The position numbers and the translations under genes are program-made. This document shows, one piece after another, positions 26,263-41,200 of a DNA stretch of 64,000 nt. Numbering within the stretch: the first letter of the stretch is position 1; each line of letters begins with the position of its first letter. Origin of the DNA: Octopus vulgaris (taxonomy: Eukaryota). The stretch is from the NCBI GenBank assembly GCA_951406725.2, contig OX597836.1:15562001-15626000 (forward strand), written 5' to 3'. The notes beneath the pieces are model-generated. The model did not search any database and was not told the origin of the DNA. It was given only the letters and a program-made list of their open reading frames with translations.

Positions 26263-27495
26263 ATGTGTGCATGGAAGTATACTCTCTCTCTTACTCTTTT
26301 ACTTGTTTCAGTCATTTGACTGCGGCCATGCTGGAGCACCGCCTTTAATCGAGCAACTCGACCCCGGGACTTATTCTTTTGTAAGCCCAGTACTTATTCT
26401 ATCGGTCTCTTTTGCCGAACCACTAAGTTACGGGGACGTAAACACACCAGCATCAGTTGTCAAGCAATGCTAGGGGGACAAACACACACACACGCATATA
26501 TATATATATACATATATACGACGGGCTTCTTTCAGTTTCCGTCTACCAAATCCACTCACAAGGCTTTGGTCGGCCCGAGACTATAGTAGAAGACACTTGC
26601 CCAAGGTGCTACGCAGTGGGACTGAACCCAGAACAATGTGGCTGGTAAACAAGCTACTTACCACACAGCCACTCCTGCGTATGTTGATGTATGTATAAAT
26701 GTGTGCATGTATGTGTGTGTGCTTTTGTATGTGAATGAGCTGTCCCTTAATGTAGGTCTAGAGTAGTGGTTCTCACCCAGAATCAAGATGACCCCGGGGG
26801 TGGATGGGTGGGTGGGGCCCATGGGTGGGTGGGGCCCATGTAAGACTTTTGGAGGTCTCTGCAAGCAAAATAGTAAATTGGGGATCCACAGTAGTATTTT
26901 AAGGGTCCATGAAAAAAAATGTTATTTTGGATGGATTTATCCCCCCCCCCAAAAAAAAATAATAACCCCAGCCAGGTTTCTTTCTCTAATGTTTTACATA
27001 CTTCAACTTATACAAGTTAACGTGTGAAAAGAAAAAATAGGGGTTTTGAAAGAAGTTTCTGTAAAATTGGTTTTTGTGGTGTTAGGGGTCCACCAGAATA
27101 AAGTAGTAATCAAAGGGGTCCTGAGGCAAAAAATGGTTGAGAACCACAGGTCTAGAATGTTTGCATGTGTATGTATGCATGCATGTATGTGTATGTGTGT
27201 GTGTGTGTGTGTGTGTGTCCCCTGTTTATCCTTCCTACCCTCTCATTCAATCCCCTCTTTCTCTTACCTTTTTCTGTCTCTGATACTCGCCCATATTTTT
27301 TCTCATCCAGTTTCACCACTCTGAACCCCTCCATTCATTCACCTCTCTCTCTCTCTCTCTCACATACACACACACACTTTCTCTCTTTCTTTCACCCTCT
27401 CACCGCAATCACTCTTTCACTACCCACCATTTCTCTCCTTCACACTCACCTACACTATCTCTCACACATAGTCTCTCTTTCTCTCTTTCTTTCTT

Positions 27496-27528
<33 letters not shown>

Positions 27529-27529
27529 T

Positions 27530-27562
<33 letters not shown>

Positions 27563-30500
27563 TTCTCTCTCTCTCTCTCTCTCACACACACTTACACACA
27601 CACACACACACTTTCTCTCTTTCTTTCACCCTCTCACTGCAATCACTCTTTCACTACCCACTATTTCTCTCCTTCACACTCACCTACACTATCTCTCACA
27701 CATAGTCTCTCTCTTTCTCTCTTTCTTCACCACTGCCAGGTGTTGGCTACAAAATAGATTCATCTGGAGAATGTGCCATGCATATAATGACCGAAGCTGA
27801 ACCTGATGTCCACATCAGCTCCGTTAATGGCATCAAGACTGTGAAGATGGTTAATTCACGTTACTTCTATGTTTTTAATTCAACAGAGTTTATGTATGAA
27901 GGAAAGGTGAGGAATAAATTACTATCCAACCACATCTGCCACACCAATCATGTCTGTCACATCAATCACATCTGTCACCCCAATAACCTCTGTCACATCT
28001 GTCACTTCAATAACATCTGTCACAGCAATCACATCTGTCACCCCAATAACATTTGTCACACCAGTCACATCTGTCACTTCAGTAACATCTGTCACAGTGA
28101 TCACATCAATCACATCTGTCACCCCAATAACATTTGTCAAACCAGTCACATCTGTCACTTCAGTAACATCTGTCACAGTGATCACATCAATCACATCTGT
28201 CACCCCAATAACATTTGTCACATCTGTCACTTCAGTAACATCTGTCACAGTGATCACATCAATCACATCTGTCACCCCAATAACATTTGTCACATCTGTC
28301 ACAGCGATCACATCAATCACATCTGTCACCCCAATAACATTTGTCACATCTGTCACTTCAGTGACATCTGTCACAGCGATCACATCAATCATATCTGTCA
28401 CCTCAATAACATCTGCCACAGCAATCACATGTTGTTGTTATCCTCTCTTCTCCTGGTTTGTTTCTGTTACATCACAGCTCCATTCCGCAGCTTAGAAGAT
28501 GCAACACTTTCCTCAACACACGAGCTGCTCCATGTATTCTTTTCTACTCTAGGCACAACCACCACCACCACCACCATCATCATCAGAACAATCCATTTCT
28601 ATTGAAATTTTGCTCCCACCCTGAAAAGCAGAAAGAAAATACAACTACATTTTTCTTTTTACTTTGCTTCCCAACCACATGGTTACAGGTTCAATCCCAT
28701 TGTGCGACACTCTGGACAAGTATCTCCTACTGTAGAATTAGGTTGGCAAAAGCTTTGTGGGTTGATTTGGTACACAGAAACTGAAAGAAGCCAGTTATAT
28801 ACCATCATAAGCATCCTTCTCCTCCTCCTCCTCCTCCTCATCATCATCATCATCATCACCATTGTCATCATTGTTGTCGTCGTCATCATTGTTGTTGTCA
28901 TTATTTTTAGGGCCACGAGCTGGCAGAATTTCTGGCACACTGGACAAAATGCTTAGCAGCATTTATTCCGACTCTGTGTTCTGAGTTCAAACTCTGCTGA
29001 GGTCGACTTTGCCTTCCATCCTTCAGGGATTGATAAAATAAGTACCAGTTGAGTACTGGGGTTGATGTAATAACCTATTCCCCTTCCTCAAAATTTCAGG
29101 CCTTGTACTTGTTGTTGTTGTTGTTGCTGCTGTTGCTGCTGCTGCTGCTGCTGCAAGGCAGCAAGCTGGCAGAATTGTTAGCACGGCAGGCGGAATACTT
29201 ACATTATTTTGTAGCATTATTTTGTCTGCCTTGATGATCTGAGTTCAAATTCCACCGAGGCCAACTTTCTCTTTCATCTTTTTGGGGTTGATGAAATTGA
29301 GTAGTCCCTTCTCCAAAAATTTCAAGCCTTGTTCCTTTTGTAGAAAGGATTATTATTTTTGTTGCTGGCCTTGTGCCAAAATTTGAAACTATTGTTGTTG
29401 TCATTTACCCAACCCCAACCCCAACCTCAGATCTTCAAACTTGACAGAGCCAACACATGATCAGAAAGGCATTCCATCCTATCATGACCATCCCGACATT
29501 TTAGGGGAGGGGGAATGGGGGGAGGACTATCTTTCGAATGGCATTATCAAATGTTTTCTTTCCTTTTTTATTATGAGAGAATATGATGTGATTTGAAGGT
29601 GATTTGGCTGCTGTTTCTAACAAGTTGAGCAACCATAATGATTTGTGTAATGTTTTTTTTTTTTTTCATATTGATTTTTTTTTTCTTCTTTTTTTTTTTT
29701 ATTTGAAATATTTCAGAGAGATGCTCGAGGAATTAATTGTGATGTATGGACGGCTACTGGTGACGTTGCGGGTGAAGAATCTATATGGAGATATTATTTT
29801 GCTTCGGTAATTAAGCAGTTTATTGATTTACTCTTTACTCTTTTACTCTTTTACTTGTTTCAGTCATCTGACTGCGGCCATGCTGGAGCACTGCCTTTAG
29901 TCGAGCAAATCGACCCCGGGACTTATTCTTTGTAATAATTCTATCGGTACTTATTCTATCGGTCTGTGATTTGCCGAACCGCTAAGTGACGGGGACGTAA
30001 ACACACCAGCATCGGTTGTCAAGCAATGCTAGGGGGACAAACACAGACACACATACATATATATATATATACATATATACGACAGGCTTCTTTCAGTTTC
30101 CGTCTACCAAATCCACTCACAAGGCATTGGTCAGCCCGGGGCTATAGCAGAAGACACTTGCCCAAGATGCCACGCAGTGGGACTGAACCCGGAACCATGT
30201 GGTTGGTTAGCAAGCTACTTACCACACAGCCATTCCTGCGCCTTTTGTTTATTTGTTTTGTGTTTTTTATTATGTTCATCATGATCATTAGCACCGCCAT
30301 CGCCATCATCATCATCATCACCACAAGCACCATAACCAGTATCACCATTATCAATACCACCATTATCGTCATTTCCACCACCACCACCACCATTATCATC
30401 ATCATCATCGGTGAGCTGGCAGAAACGTTAGCACGCCGGGCGAAATGCTTAGCGGTATTTCGTCTGCCGTTATGTTCTGAGTTCAAATTCCGCCGAGGTC

Positions 30501-33500
30501 GACTTTGCCTTTCATTTTTTTCGGGGTCAATAAATCAAGTACCAGTGAAACACTGGGGGTCGTCCCATCCCCTAAAATGGCAGCCCTTGTGCCAAATTTG
30601 AAACCATTATCATTATTATTGCCACCACCACCACCACCACCACCATCACCATCATCATCATCACCATCATCATCATCACCATCATCATCACCATCATCAT
30701 CACCATCATCATCATCACCATCATCATCATCACCATCATCATCACCATCATCACCATCACCATCATCATCATCACCATCATCATCACCATCATCATCATC
30801 ACCATCACCATCATCATCATCACCATCATCATCACCATCATCATCATCACCATCATCATCACCATCATCATCAACCATCATCATCATCATCATCACCATC
30901 ACCATCATCTTTATCATCATTATCATCATCATCTTCATCATCATTAATTTATTAATGGCAATATGTGTATATATTTTTAGGAAGAGACCACAGAGGTGGG
31001 TGAGACGAATGCTAAATCCTCCTGGCTAGTAATGTATGAGATGATGATACCAGAGGTAAGTAAGAAAAAGAACATCAATTTTTTACTCAAAATACCTCCT
31101 GCTCCAAAAAAAAAAAAATCTTGATGACTGTTTGAAACCACTGAAATATGGATCTGTGTCATCAGGAAGCTACTATCATTGCTGACAACAAAGATCTTTT
31201 CCCTAAGTTACGGGGACGTAAACATTGGTTGTCAAGTGATTGTTGGGGGACAAACACAGGCACAAACACATAGATACACATACATATGCATATACATAAA
31301 TTTCAGCTATATATATATATATATATATATATATACGACAGGCTTCTTTCAGTTTCTGCCCACCAGATCCACTCACAAGGCTTTGGTCAGCCTGAGGCTA
31401 TAAGTAGAAGACACTTGCCCAAGGTGCCATGCAGTGGGACTGAACCCGGAACCATGTGGTTGGTAAGCAAGCTACTTACCACACAGCCACTCCTGGCTGT
31501 GTGGTAAGTATTAACACTCCTTAGTTGGTAAAATAAGCACCAGTTGAGTACAGGAGTGGTTGTTTTTGACTTACCCTTAATGTTTTTGACCCAGTGCCAA
31601 AATTTGAAATCATTATCATTAGTATTTTTTTAATTTATTTTTATAATTATTTATTTTTATTATTTATTATTTTTATTATTATTTATTATTTATTATTATT
31701 ATTATTTTATTATTTATTTTTATCATTTATTATTATTTTTATTATTATTTATTTTTATTATTATTTTATTATTATCTATTATTTTTATTATTATTTATTA
31801 TTTATTTTTATTATTATTTTATTATTATTTATTTTTATTATTGTTTATTATTTATTATTATTTTATTATTTATTATTATTATTTATTATTATTATTGTTT
31901 ATTATTTATTATTTTTATTATTATTTATTATTTATTATTATTATTATTTTATTATTATTATTTATTATTTTTATTATTATTTATTATTTATTTTTATTAT
32001 CATTTTATTATTATTTATTTTTATTATTTATTTATTCAGCAAAGTGTACACATAACATACAATGTGTACGGATATGAAGAAAAGGAACCCGATGTTTGGG
32101 AGTTCAACATAGCCACATGTTTCCCAGGAACTAAACAGAAGCAGATTTCCTTTAAGGTACCAAGTAAGTGTGAATTATCTCTCTTTACCATTTAGTCTTG
32201 GAAGGGATGGAATAGCAGCATCTATGACTGATTATTTTTCAGGGGCCTCCAGAAGACTGGTGATGGGAAGGGAGGGAGATAGTTATTCTCAAACAACAAG
32301 ATTTGACCCAAATGCTTGTTAAATAAGGAACATTGCTGAAGGATCTCAAGATCTGGGAACCAAGAACCAGGTTGGAATGAGACTCTAGCAGGACCAAATA
32401 CCTGTTATGGCATATTGAAGATGATCAACCTTTTATAGGCTCAGTGTGCTAATCTGTAATGATTGGTCATCTTATCTATCATGTGAGTTTGGAACATTGG
32501 TTGAGTCCTGTGCTTCTATTGGTTGAGTATCAAAGATCCAATTGGTTGAGTATTGAAGATCCACTTGGTTGAGTATCAAAGATCCATTTGGTTGAGTATC
32601 AAAGATCCAATGACTTGAGTATCAAAAGTCCACTTGGTTGAGTATAGAAGACCCAATTGGTTGAGTATAGAAGATCCAATTGGTTGAGTAAAGATCCAAT
32701 TACTTGAGTATCAAAGATCCAATTGGTCGAGTATCAAAGATCCAATTGGTTGAGTATCAAAGATCCAATTACTTGAGTATCAAAGATCCAATTACTTGAG
32801 TATCAAAGATCCAATTACTTGAGTATCAAAGATCCAATTACTTGAGTATCAAAGATCCATTTGGTTGAGTATCAAAGATCCATTTGGTCGAGTATCAAAG
32901 ATCCAATTGATCAAATATAGAAGATACAACTGGTTGAGTAATGAAAATTTAGTCACGTTGCACATAATACCTTCTCAGAAAACTCATCTGAATGTGCTCT
33001 GGAGCGTACCCTCCTATAAATTGGTGTATCAAATCTTCTATGAGCAGAAGGGTGAGCAATTTCATGAAGGCAAGACATGTTATTTTCCTGCTGTCATTCA
33101 CCAGAGCAAAATTAAAATAATGGTCCACTATAGGCGCAGGAGTGGCTGTGTGGTAGGTAGCTTGCTAACCAACCACATGGTTCCGGGTTCAGTCCCACTG
33201 CGTGGCATCTTGGGCAAGTGTCTTCTGCTATAGCCCCAGGCCGACCCATGCCTTGTGAGTGGATTTGGTAGACGGAAACTGAAAGAAGCCTGTCGTATAT
33301 ATGTATGTATATATATATGTATGTTTGTGTGTGTGTGTTTGTCCCCCTAGCATTGCTTGACAACTGATGCTGATGTGTTTATGTCCCCGTTACTTAGCGG
33401 TTCGGCAAAAGAGACCAATAGAATAAGTACTGGGCTTGCAAAAGAATAAGTCCCGCGGTCGAGTTGCTCGATTAAAGGCGGTGCTCCAGCATGGCCGCAG

Positions 33501-33737
33501 TCAAATGACTGAAACAAGTAAAAGAGTAAAAAAGAGTATACTATTTAAACGGAGGAATAAAGTTTCACTGTTATTTTAAAAGTTTGTTTATTGTATTATT
33601 TCCATGAGTGAACATGCAACATCCATCCATCTATCTATCTATCATCAATCAATCATCAATCAATCACTCACAAGTCTTTCTCATTTTCTTTTTCCCTCTA
33701 TATCTCATTCTATGCCGATTCTTTCTCTTCCTCTTCA

Positions 33738-33781
<44 letters not shown>

Positions 33782-35126
33782 TTAGCATCTGCTTTCCATG
33801 CTGGCATGGGTTGGACGGTTCGACTGGGGTCTGGGAAGCCAGAAGGCTGCACCAGGCTCCAGTCTGATCTGGCAGTGTTTCTACGGCTGGATGCCCTTCC
33901 TAACGCCAACCACTCTGTGAGTGTAGTGGGTGCGTTTTACGTGCCACTGACACAGGTGCTAGACGAGGCTGGCAAATGGCCACGATCGGATGGTGCTTTT
34001 TACATGCCACTGGCACAGAGGCAGTCGGGGTAGCGCTGGCAATGTCCACATTCGGATGGTTCTCTTATGTGCCACCGGCACTGGTATCACAGTTACGATT
34101 TCCATTGATGTTGATCGATTTTGATTCTTTATCTTTACCTACCTCTCTCTCTCTATATATATATATATATATGCCGCTCTTTAAGTAACTTCTCTCTCTA
34201 TCTCTCTCTCTCTCTCTCTGTTAATCAGTCTTTCTCTCATTAACCAATCTCTCTCTAAAACTATTCTCTTTATCTAGGCTCTCTCTCGGATCTCATCAGC
34301 GTTAATCAAAAGCAATTCAAACATGCTTTAATTGTCTCCATCCAAGGATATTCTGGTGTATCAGCTCTTCGAGTTTCAGATATTCAGGTAAGAATCCACA
34401 TATCAAAAAACCGCTGAGACAGATTTTTTTGTTTTTGCTTTTAATCTGTTTTCTTTCTTTCTTTCTTCCTTTCTTCCTTTCTTTCTTCCTTATTTCCTTT
34501 CTTTCTTTCTTCCTTTCTTTCTTTCTTCCTTTCTTTCTTTTTTCCTTTCTTTCTTTTTTCCTTCCTTTCTTCTTTCCTTCCTTTCTTTCTTTCTTCCTTT
34601 CTTCCTTCCTTTCTTTCTTTCTTTCTTTCTTCCTTTCTTCCTTCCTTTCTTCTTTCCTCCCTTTCTTTCTTCCTTTCTTTCTTTTCTTTCCTTTCTTCCT
34701 TCCTTTCTTTCCTTTTTCTTTCTTTCTTTCTTTCTTTCTTCCTTTCTTCCTTCCTTTCTTCCTTCCTTTCTTCCTTCCTTTCTTCCTTTCTTTCTTTCTT
34801 CCTTTCTTCCTTCCTTTCTTTCTTCCTTTCTTCCTTCCTTTCTTCTTTTCTTTTTTCCTTATTTCCTTCCTTCCTTTCTTTCTTTCTTTCTTTCTTTCAG
34901 CTGCATATCATATGATTTCATAATTAGTGTACAACAAATGCACTTTTTAATCTTCAGTGCAAGCACAATTCAAGACACATAAAAACGAACAAGAATCAAC
35001 ATACCAGACGAACAACCAATGTATCCAGCGTAGCATATAGAATTGTTCACCCTTTACACATCTATGTAAAAGGCGGGCTTTCTTGAATTGCATGTGTTGA
35101 TTTTTGTTCATTTTGTTCAGGTAGAC

Positions 35127-35197
<71 letters not shown>

Positions 35198-35230
35198 CCA
35201 ACAGATGGATATATAAACTGACAGACTGAC

Positions 35231-35277
<47 letters not shown>

Positions 35278-35310
35278 CCAACAGATGGATATATAAACTG
35301 ACAGACTGAC

Positions 35311-35373
<63 letters not shown>

Positions 35374-35406
35374 CCAACAGATGGATATATAAACTGGCAG
35401 ACTGAC

Positions 35407-35445
<39 letters not shown>

Positions 35446-35478
35446 CCAACAGATGGATATATAAACTGACAGACAGAC

Positions 35479-35569
<91 letters not shown>

Positions 35570-35602
35570 CCAACAGATGGATATATAAACTGACAGACAG
35601 AC

Positions 35603-35665
<63 letters not shown>

Positions 35666-36026
35666 CCAACAGATGGATATATAAACTGACAGACAGACAG
35701 ATAGGCAGGCAGGCAGAAAGAGGAAGATCTACTTAAACCTTCTCTTTCACATTTAACCAGAGTTTGTTATTATTTTTAGTCAGTGCTATTTGGAAATCAA
35801 GAACACATTGGTAGAATTAAAACTCTCTTTAAAAACACACAACTGTCAGGAACAAGACCATCAAACACAATCTTCTGCCCTTTCTCCCTCTCTAAACACG
35901 ACTTGTTCACCATCTCTTCCTTTTCACTCTCTCTCTCTCTGGGTTATCTAAATCAATTGTTTTTCATAGTGTTTGGAAGGGAACTATGGAGACTGTACAT
36001 GTATTCTAGATACATACACACATACA

Positions 36027-36060
<34 letters not shown>

Positions 36061-36174
36061 CATACATACATACATACATACATACATACATACATACACA
36101 CATACATACATACATACATACATACATACATACATACACACACACATACATACATACATACATACATACATACA

Positions 36175-36205
<31 letters not shown>

Positions 36206-36376
36206 GCATGCATGCATACATACATACATACATACATACATACATACATACATACATACATACATACATACATACATACATACATACATACATACATACA
36301 TACATACATACACACACACATACATACACACACACATACACACACACATACATACACACATATAATGTATATACAA

Positions 36377-36412
<36 letters not shown>

Positions 36413-36532
36413 AAGAGGTGTGTGTGTGTATGTATGTATATATATGTGTATGTATATATATATATATATATTTATGTATATATATATATATATATATACA
36501 TGTGTGTATATATATATATATATGTATGTATG

Positions 36533-36584
<52 letters not shown>

Positions 36585-36629
36585 ATATATATGTATGTAT
36601 AAAGTGGTGTGTGTGTATGTATGTATGTA

Positions 36630-36707
<78 letters not shown>

Positions 36708-37437
36708 CACACACACTCACACAGGGGAAGGGAGACATGTATGTATGCACATACACACACACACACACACACACATACATACACACACACAGCTTGCTCA
36801 ATAAACCATACCAAATGATCATGCTGCCAGTTTCTCGGAGAATTCCTGTTGTAAAGCTGTCAAGGAACAGTTCCTGGTTTTGGAAAAGGAAGGAAGGAAA
36901 GAGTAAAGAATAAAAACAGAAACAGAAACAAAATAAACAAACAAACAAAATAAAATAGTTACTTGAATAAAAGAATAATCTGAAAGGGGTGGCGGAACAA
37001 TGAAAAGTTTAATCTGTTTACTGCCAGACTAGGGAAAGGGAAAAGGGTTGGAGAAGAAAGAGAAAGGTTTTAAGAACAATAACACTATCAAGATTATTTA
37101 CTACCTAAGCTAGGAAATAACAACAACAACAACAACAACAACAATAGTGGTAGGAGACTAAATGTGGTGGAAACAAAGCAATTAATTAGGCTCAAATAAT
37201 TATCAATAATGTGTCTGTGTGTATGTGTATATATATCTCTTTTACTCTTTTACTTGTTTCAGTCATTTGACTGCGGCCATGCTGGAGCACCGCCTTTTAG
37301 TCGAGCAAATCGACCCCGGGACTTATTCTTTTGTAAGCCCAGTACTTATTCTATCGGTCTCTTTTGCCGAACCGCTAAGTTACGGGGACGTAAACACACC
37401 AGCATCGGTTGTCAAGCAATGCTAGGGGGACACACAA

Positions 37438-37478
<41 letters not shown>

Positions 37479-38210
37479 CATATATACGACAGGCTTCTTT
37501 CAGTTTCCATCTACCAAATCCACTCACAAGGCATTGGTCGGCCCGGGGCTCTAGCAGAAGACACTTGCCCAAGATGCCACGCAGTGGGACTGAACCCGGA
37601 ACCATGTATATATATGTATCATCATCATTATCATCATCATTGTTTAACGTCCATTTTTCCATACTAGCATGGGTTGGACAGTTCGACCGGGGTCTGGCAA
37701 GCCAGGAAGCTGCACCAGGCTCCAGTCTAATCTAGCAGTGTTTCTACAGCTGGATGCCCTTCCTAACGCCAACCACCTCGTGGGTGTAGTGGGTGCTTTT
37801 TACATGCCACCGGTACAGGGGCCAGAGGAGGCTGGCAACAGCCACGATCGGTTGATAGTTTTTACATGCCACCGGCACAGAAGCCAGTCAAGGCAGCGCT
37901 GGCATCGGCCACGTGCGGATGGTGCTTTTTACGTGCCACCGGTACAGGGGCCAGAGGAGGCTGGCAACAGCCACGATCGGTTGATAGTTTTTACGTGTCA
38001 CTGGCACAGAAGCTAGTCAAGGCAGCGCTGGCATCGGCCACGTGCGGATGGTGCTTTTTACGTGCCACCGGTACAGGTATCACAACTACAATTTCCATTT
38101 GATTTTTATTTTGATGTTGATGTACTTGATTCAATAGGTCTCCTCAACACAGCAGGTCGCCCTATGATCCAAGGTAAGCACAGCAGGTCGTCCTGCGATC
38201 CAAGGTACTT

Positions 38211-38243
<33 letters not shown>

Positions 38244-41200
38244 ATTCTCTTTTACTTGTTTTCAGTCATTTGACTGTGGCCATGCTGGGGCACCGCCTTT
38301 TAGGCGAGCAAATCGACCCCGGGACTTATTCTTTGTAAGCCCAGTACTTATTCTATCGGTCTCTTTTGCCGAACCGCTAAGTGACAGAGACGTAAACACA
38401 CCAGCATCGGTTGTCAAGCAATGCTAGGGGGACAAACAGAGACACACAAACACACACACACATACATACATATATACGACAGGCTTCTTTCAGTTTCAGT
38501 CTACCAAATCCACTCATAAGGCATTGGTAGGCCCGGGGCTATAGCAGAAGACACTTGCCCAAGATGCCACACAGTGGGACTGAACCCGGAACCATGTGGT
38601 TGGTTAGCAAGCTACTTACCTCACAGTCATCATCATCATCGTTTAGCGTCTGCTTTCCATGCTAGCATGGATTGGACGGTTCAACTGGGGTCTGGGAAGC
38701 CAGAAGGCTGCATCAGGCCCAATCTGATTTGGCAATGTTTCTACGGCTGGATGCCCTTCCTAACGCCAACCACTCCGAGAGTGTAGTGGGTGCTTTTTAC
38801 GTGCCACCGATCAGAAAATGAGATGACAAAGGCAAAAATAAATTATTATTTTATGAACTTCATTAGTTTACAACTGTTTCTCTTGTAAGATGCAGTGGAC
38901 TTGTAGTTGAGTGCCTGAGTAAAGCCTTATAGCTTCATCTGAGCCTAGAATATGAAGTGCTCTGATGAAGCTATAGGATGTTATTCTGACACTCAGCTAT
39001 GAGTCCACTGTATCCCATAGCAGAAACAGCTGTAAGTTAATGGAGTTCATAACATAACCATTTTTTTGTCTTTATAGAGCGGTAATAAGAAAGTATTATG
39101 TCACTATACTCACCTAAAACTTCATTCTGAAGCATAATGTATATTGAGTTCTACACCAGATTATTAGACTTGCAATACTTAAGTGAAATAAACAAATAGA
39201 TAAATATAGATATACTCTCTTTCTCTTTTACTCTTTTACTTGTTTCAGTCATTTGACTGTGGCCATGCTGGAGCACCGCCTTAAATCGAGCAACTCGACC
39301 CCAGGACTTATTCTTTGTAAGCCCAGTACTTATTCTATCGGTCTCTTTTGCCGAACCGCTAAGTGACGGGGACATAAACACACCAGCATCGTTTGTCAAG
39401 CAATGCTAGGGGGACAAATACAGACACACAAACACATATATATATATACATATATACGACGGGCTTCTTTCAGTTTCCGTTTACCAAATCCACTCACAAG
39501 GCATTGGTCGGCCTGGGGCTATAGCAGAAGACACTTGCCCAAGGTGCCACGCAGTGGGACTGAAACCGGAACCATGTGGTTGGTTAGCAAGCTACTTACC
39601 ACACAGCCACTCCTGCGCCTATGCACACACATATATATTCTTTTCTAATCTAGGTACAAGGCTCGAAATTTTGGGGGAGTGGCAGTGGGACAGTTGATTA
39701 GATCAACCCAGTATGCAACTGGTACTTAATTTATTGACCCCGAAAGGATGAAAGCCAAAGTCGACCTCGGTGGAATTTGAACTCAGAACATAAAGACTGA
39801 CGAAAAACTGCTAACATGCTAACGTTTCTGCCAGCTCGCCGCCTTCCACACACATATATATATTTGTTTCTTTATTACCCACAAGGGGCTAAACATAGAG
39901 GGGACAAACAAGGACAGACAAACAGATTAAGTCGATTACATCGACCTAGTGCGTAACTGGTACTTAACTTATCGACCCTGAAAGGATGAAAGGCAAAGTC
40001 AACCTCGGTGGAATTTGAACTCAGAACGTAACAGCAGACGAAATACGGCTACGCATTTCACCCAGAGAGCTAACGTTTCTGCCTGCTTGCCGCCTTCCAC
40101 ACACACACATATATATATTATTAATAATATGTATGCATGGGTGTTAATCTATGTGTCAATGTGTGATAATGTGCATTCGTGTCTATCTGTGTATATTTGT
40201 CAATGTGTCTTTGTATGTGTATATGCATATCTATGTTATATATATATGCATACATGTCTTAATGACAATTTGTGTGTATAGTTACATGTGTGTGTGTGTG
40301 ATTGACTTTTCCTGCTAACCTAACATCAAAGTCGGTTGACCTTTAAACTTGTTATCTTTCTCACATTGTTACAGGACAATGACAGCTACGCTACGATGTT
40401 GTCCACCTCCCATTCTGTACAAACACATGCACACAGAACTTGGTAAATACATACATCCCCCAACACATACTTGGTGTTCGTGTAGGTGCAATGGCCCAGT
40501 GGTTAGGGCAGCGGACTCGCGGTCGTAGGATCGCAGTTTCGATTCCCAGACCGGGCGTTTGTGATTGTTTATTGAGCGAAAACACCTAAAGCTCCACGAG
40601 GCTCCGGCAGGGATGGTGGTGATCCCTGCTGTACTCTTTCACCACAACTTTCTCTCACTCTTACTTCCTGTTTCTGTTGTACCTGTATTTCAAAGGGCCG
40701 GCCTTGTCACTCTCTGTGTCACGCTGAATATCCCCGAGAACTACGTTAAGGGTACACGTGTCTGTGGAGTGCTCAGCCACTTACACGTTAATTTCACGAG
40801 CAGGCTGTTCCATTGATCGGATCAACCGGAACCCTCGTCATCATAACCGATGGAGTGCTTCCACTTGGTGTTCATTATAAATTTGACAGTTTGCTTCAAA
40901 GGATATGTAAACACAAAATCTCATCCAAAAATTGAAGTATTTTAGAAAATCAAAAAATATCAACTAGATCAGTGGTTCACAACCATTTTTTTTACCAATA
41001 GATCCCTTTGATTACTATTTTATTCTGGTGAACCCTCATAGCTATTCAATGTCTAAAACCTAGTTTTATAAATACTTCTTCCAAAATTCCTATGTAAAAC
41101 ATTACGGAAAGAAATCTTGCTATTTCTTCCAATTGATACGTATAAAAGTGCCACACCCTAGTGGTTGAGGGAACCTGTGGATGAAGTAGACCCAGGAAGA

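Noticed and set aside
30483-31029. Poly-Asp/Gly and poly-Ser/Pro ORFs
   Set aside because: Intronic (CAT/CAC)n tract with no splice support.
32518-32940. CRISPR array
   Set aside because: Contiguous tandem units without spacers.
35783-36913. 376-aa ORF and many similar YI/HT/CV/SIYL-rich ORFs
   Set aside because: Translations of (TA)n, (TACA)n, (GATA)n and (TC)n microsatellites.
40375-40442. Possible extra exon (ttacag|GACAATGAC…|gtaaat) in intron 12
   Set aside because: Exons 12 and 13 join directly in phase 0 with continuous sequence; including this 68-nt segment would frameshift.
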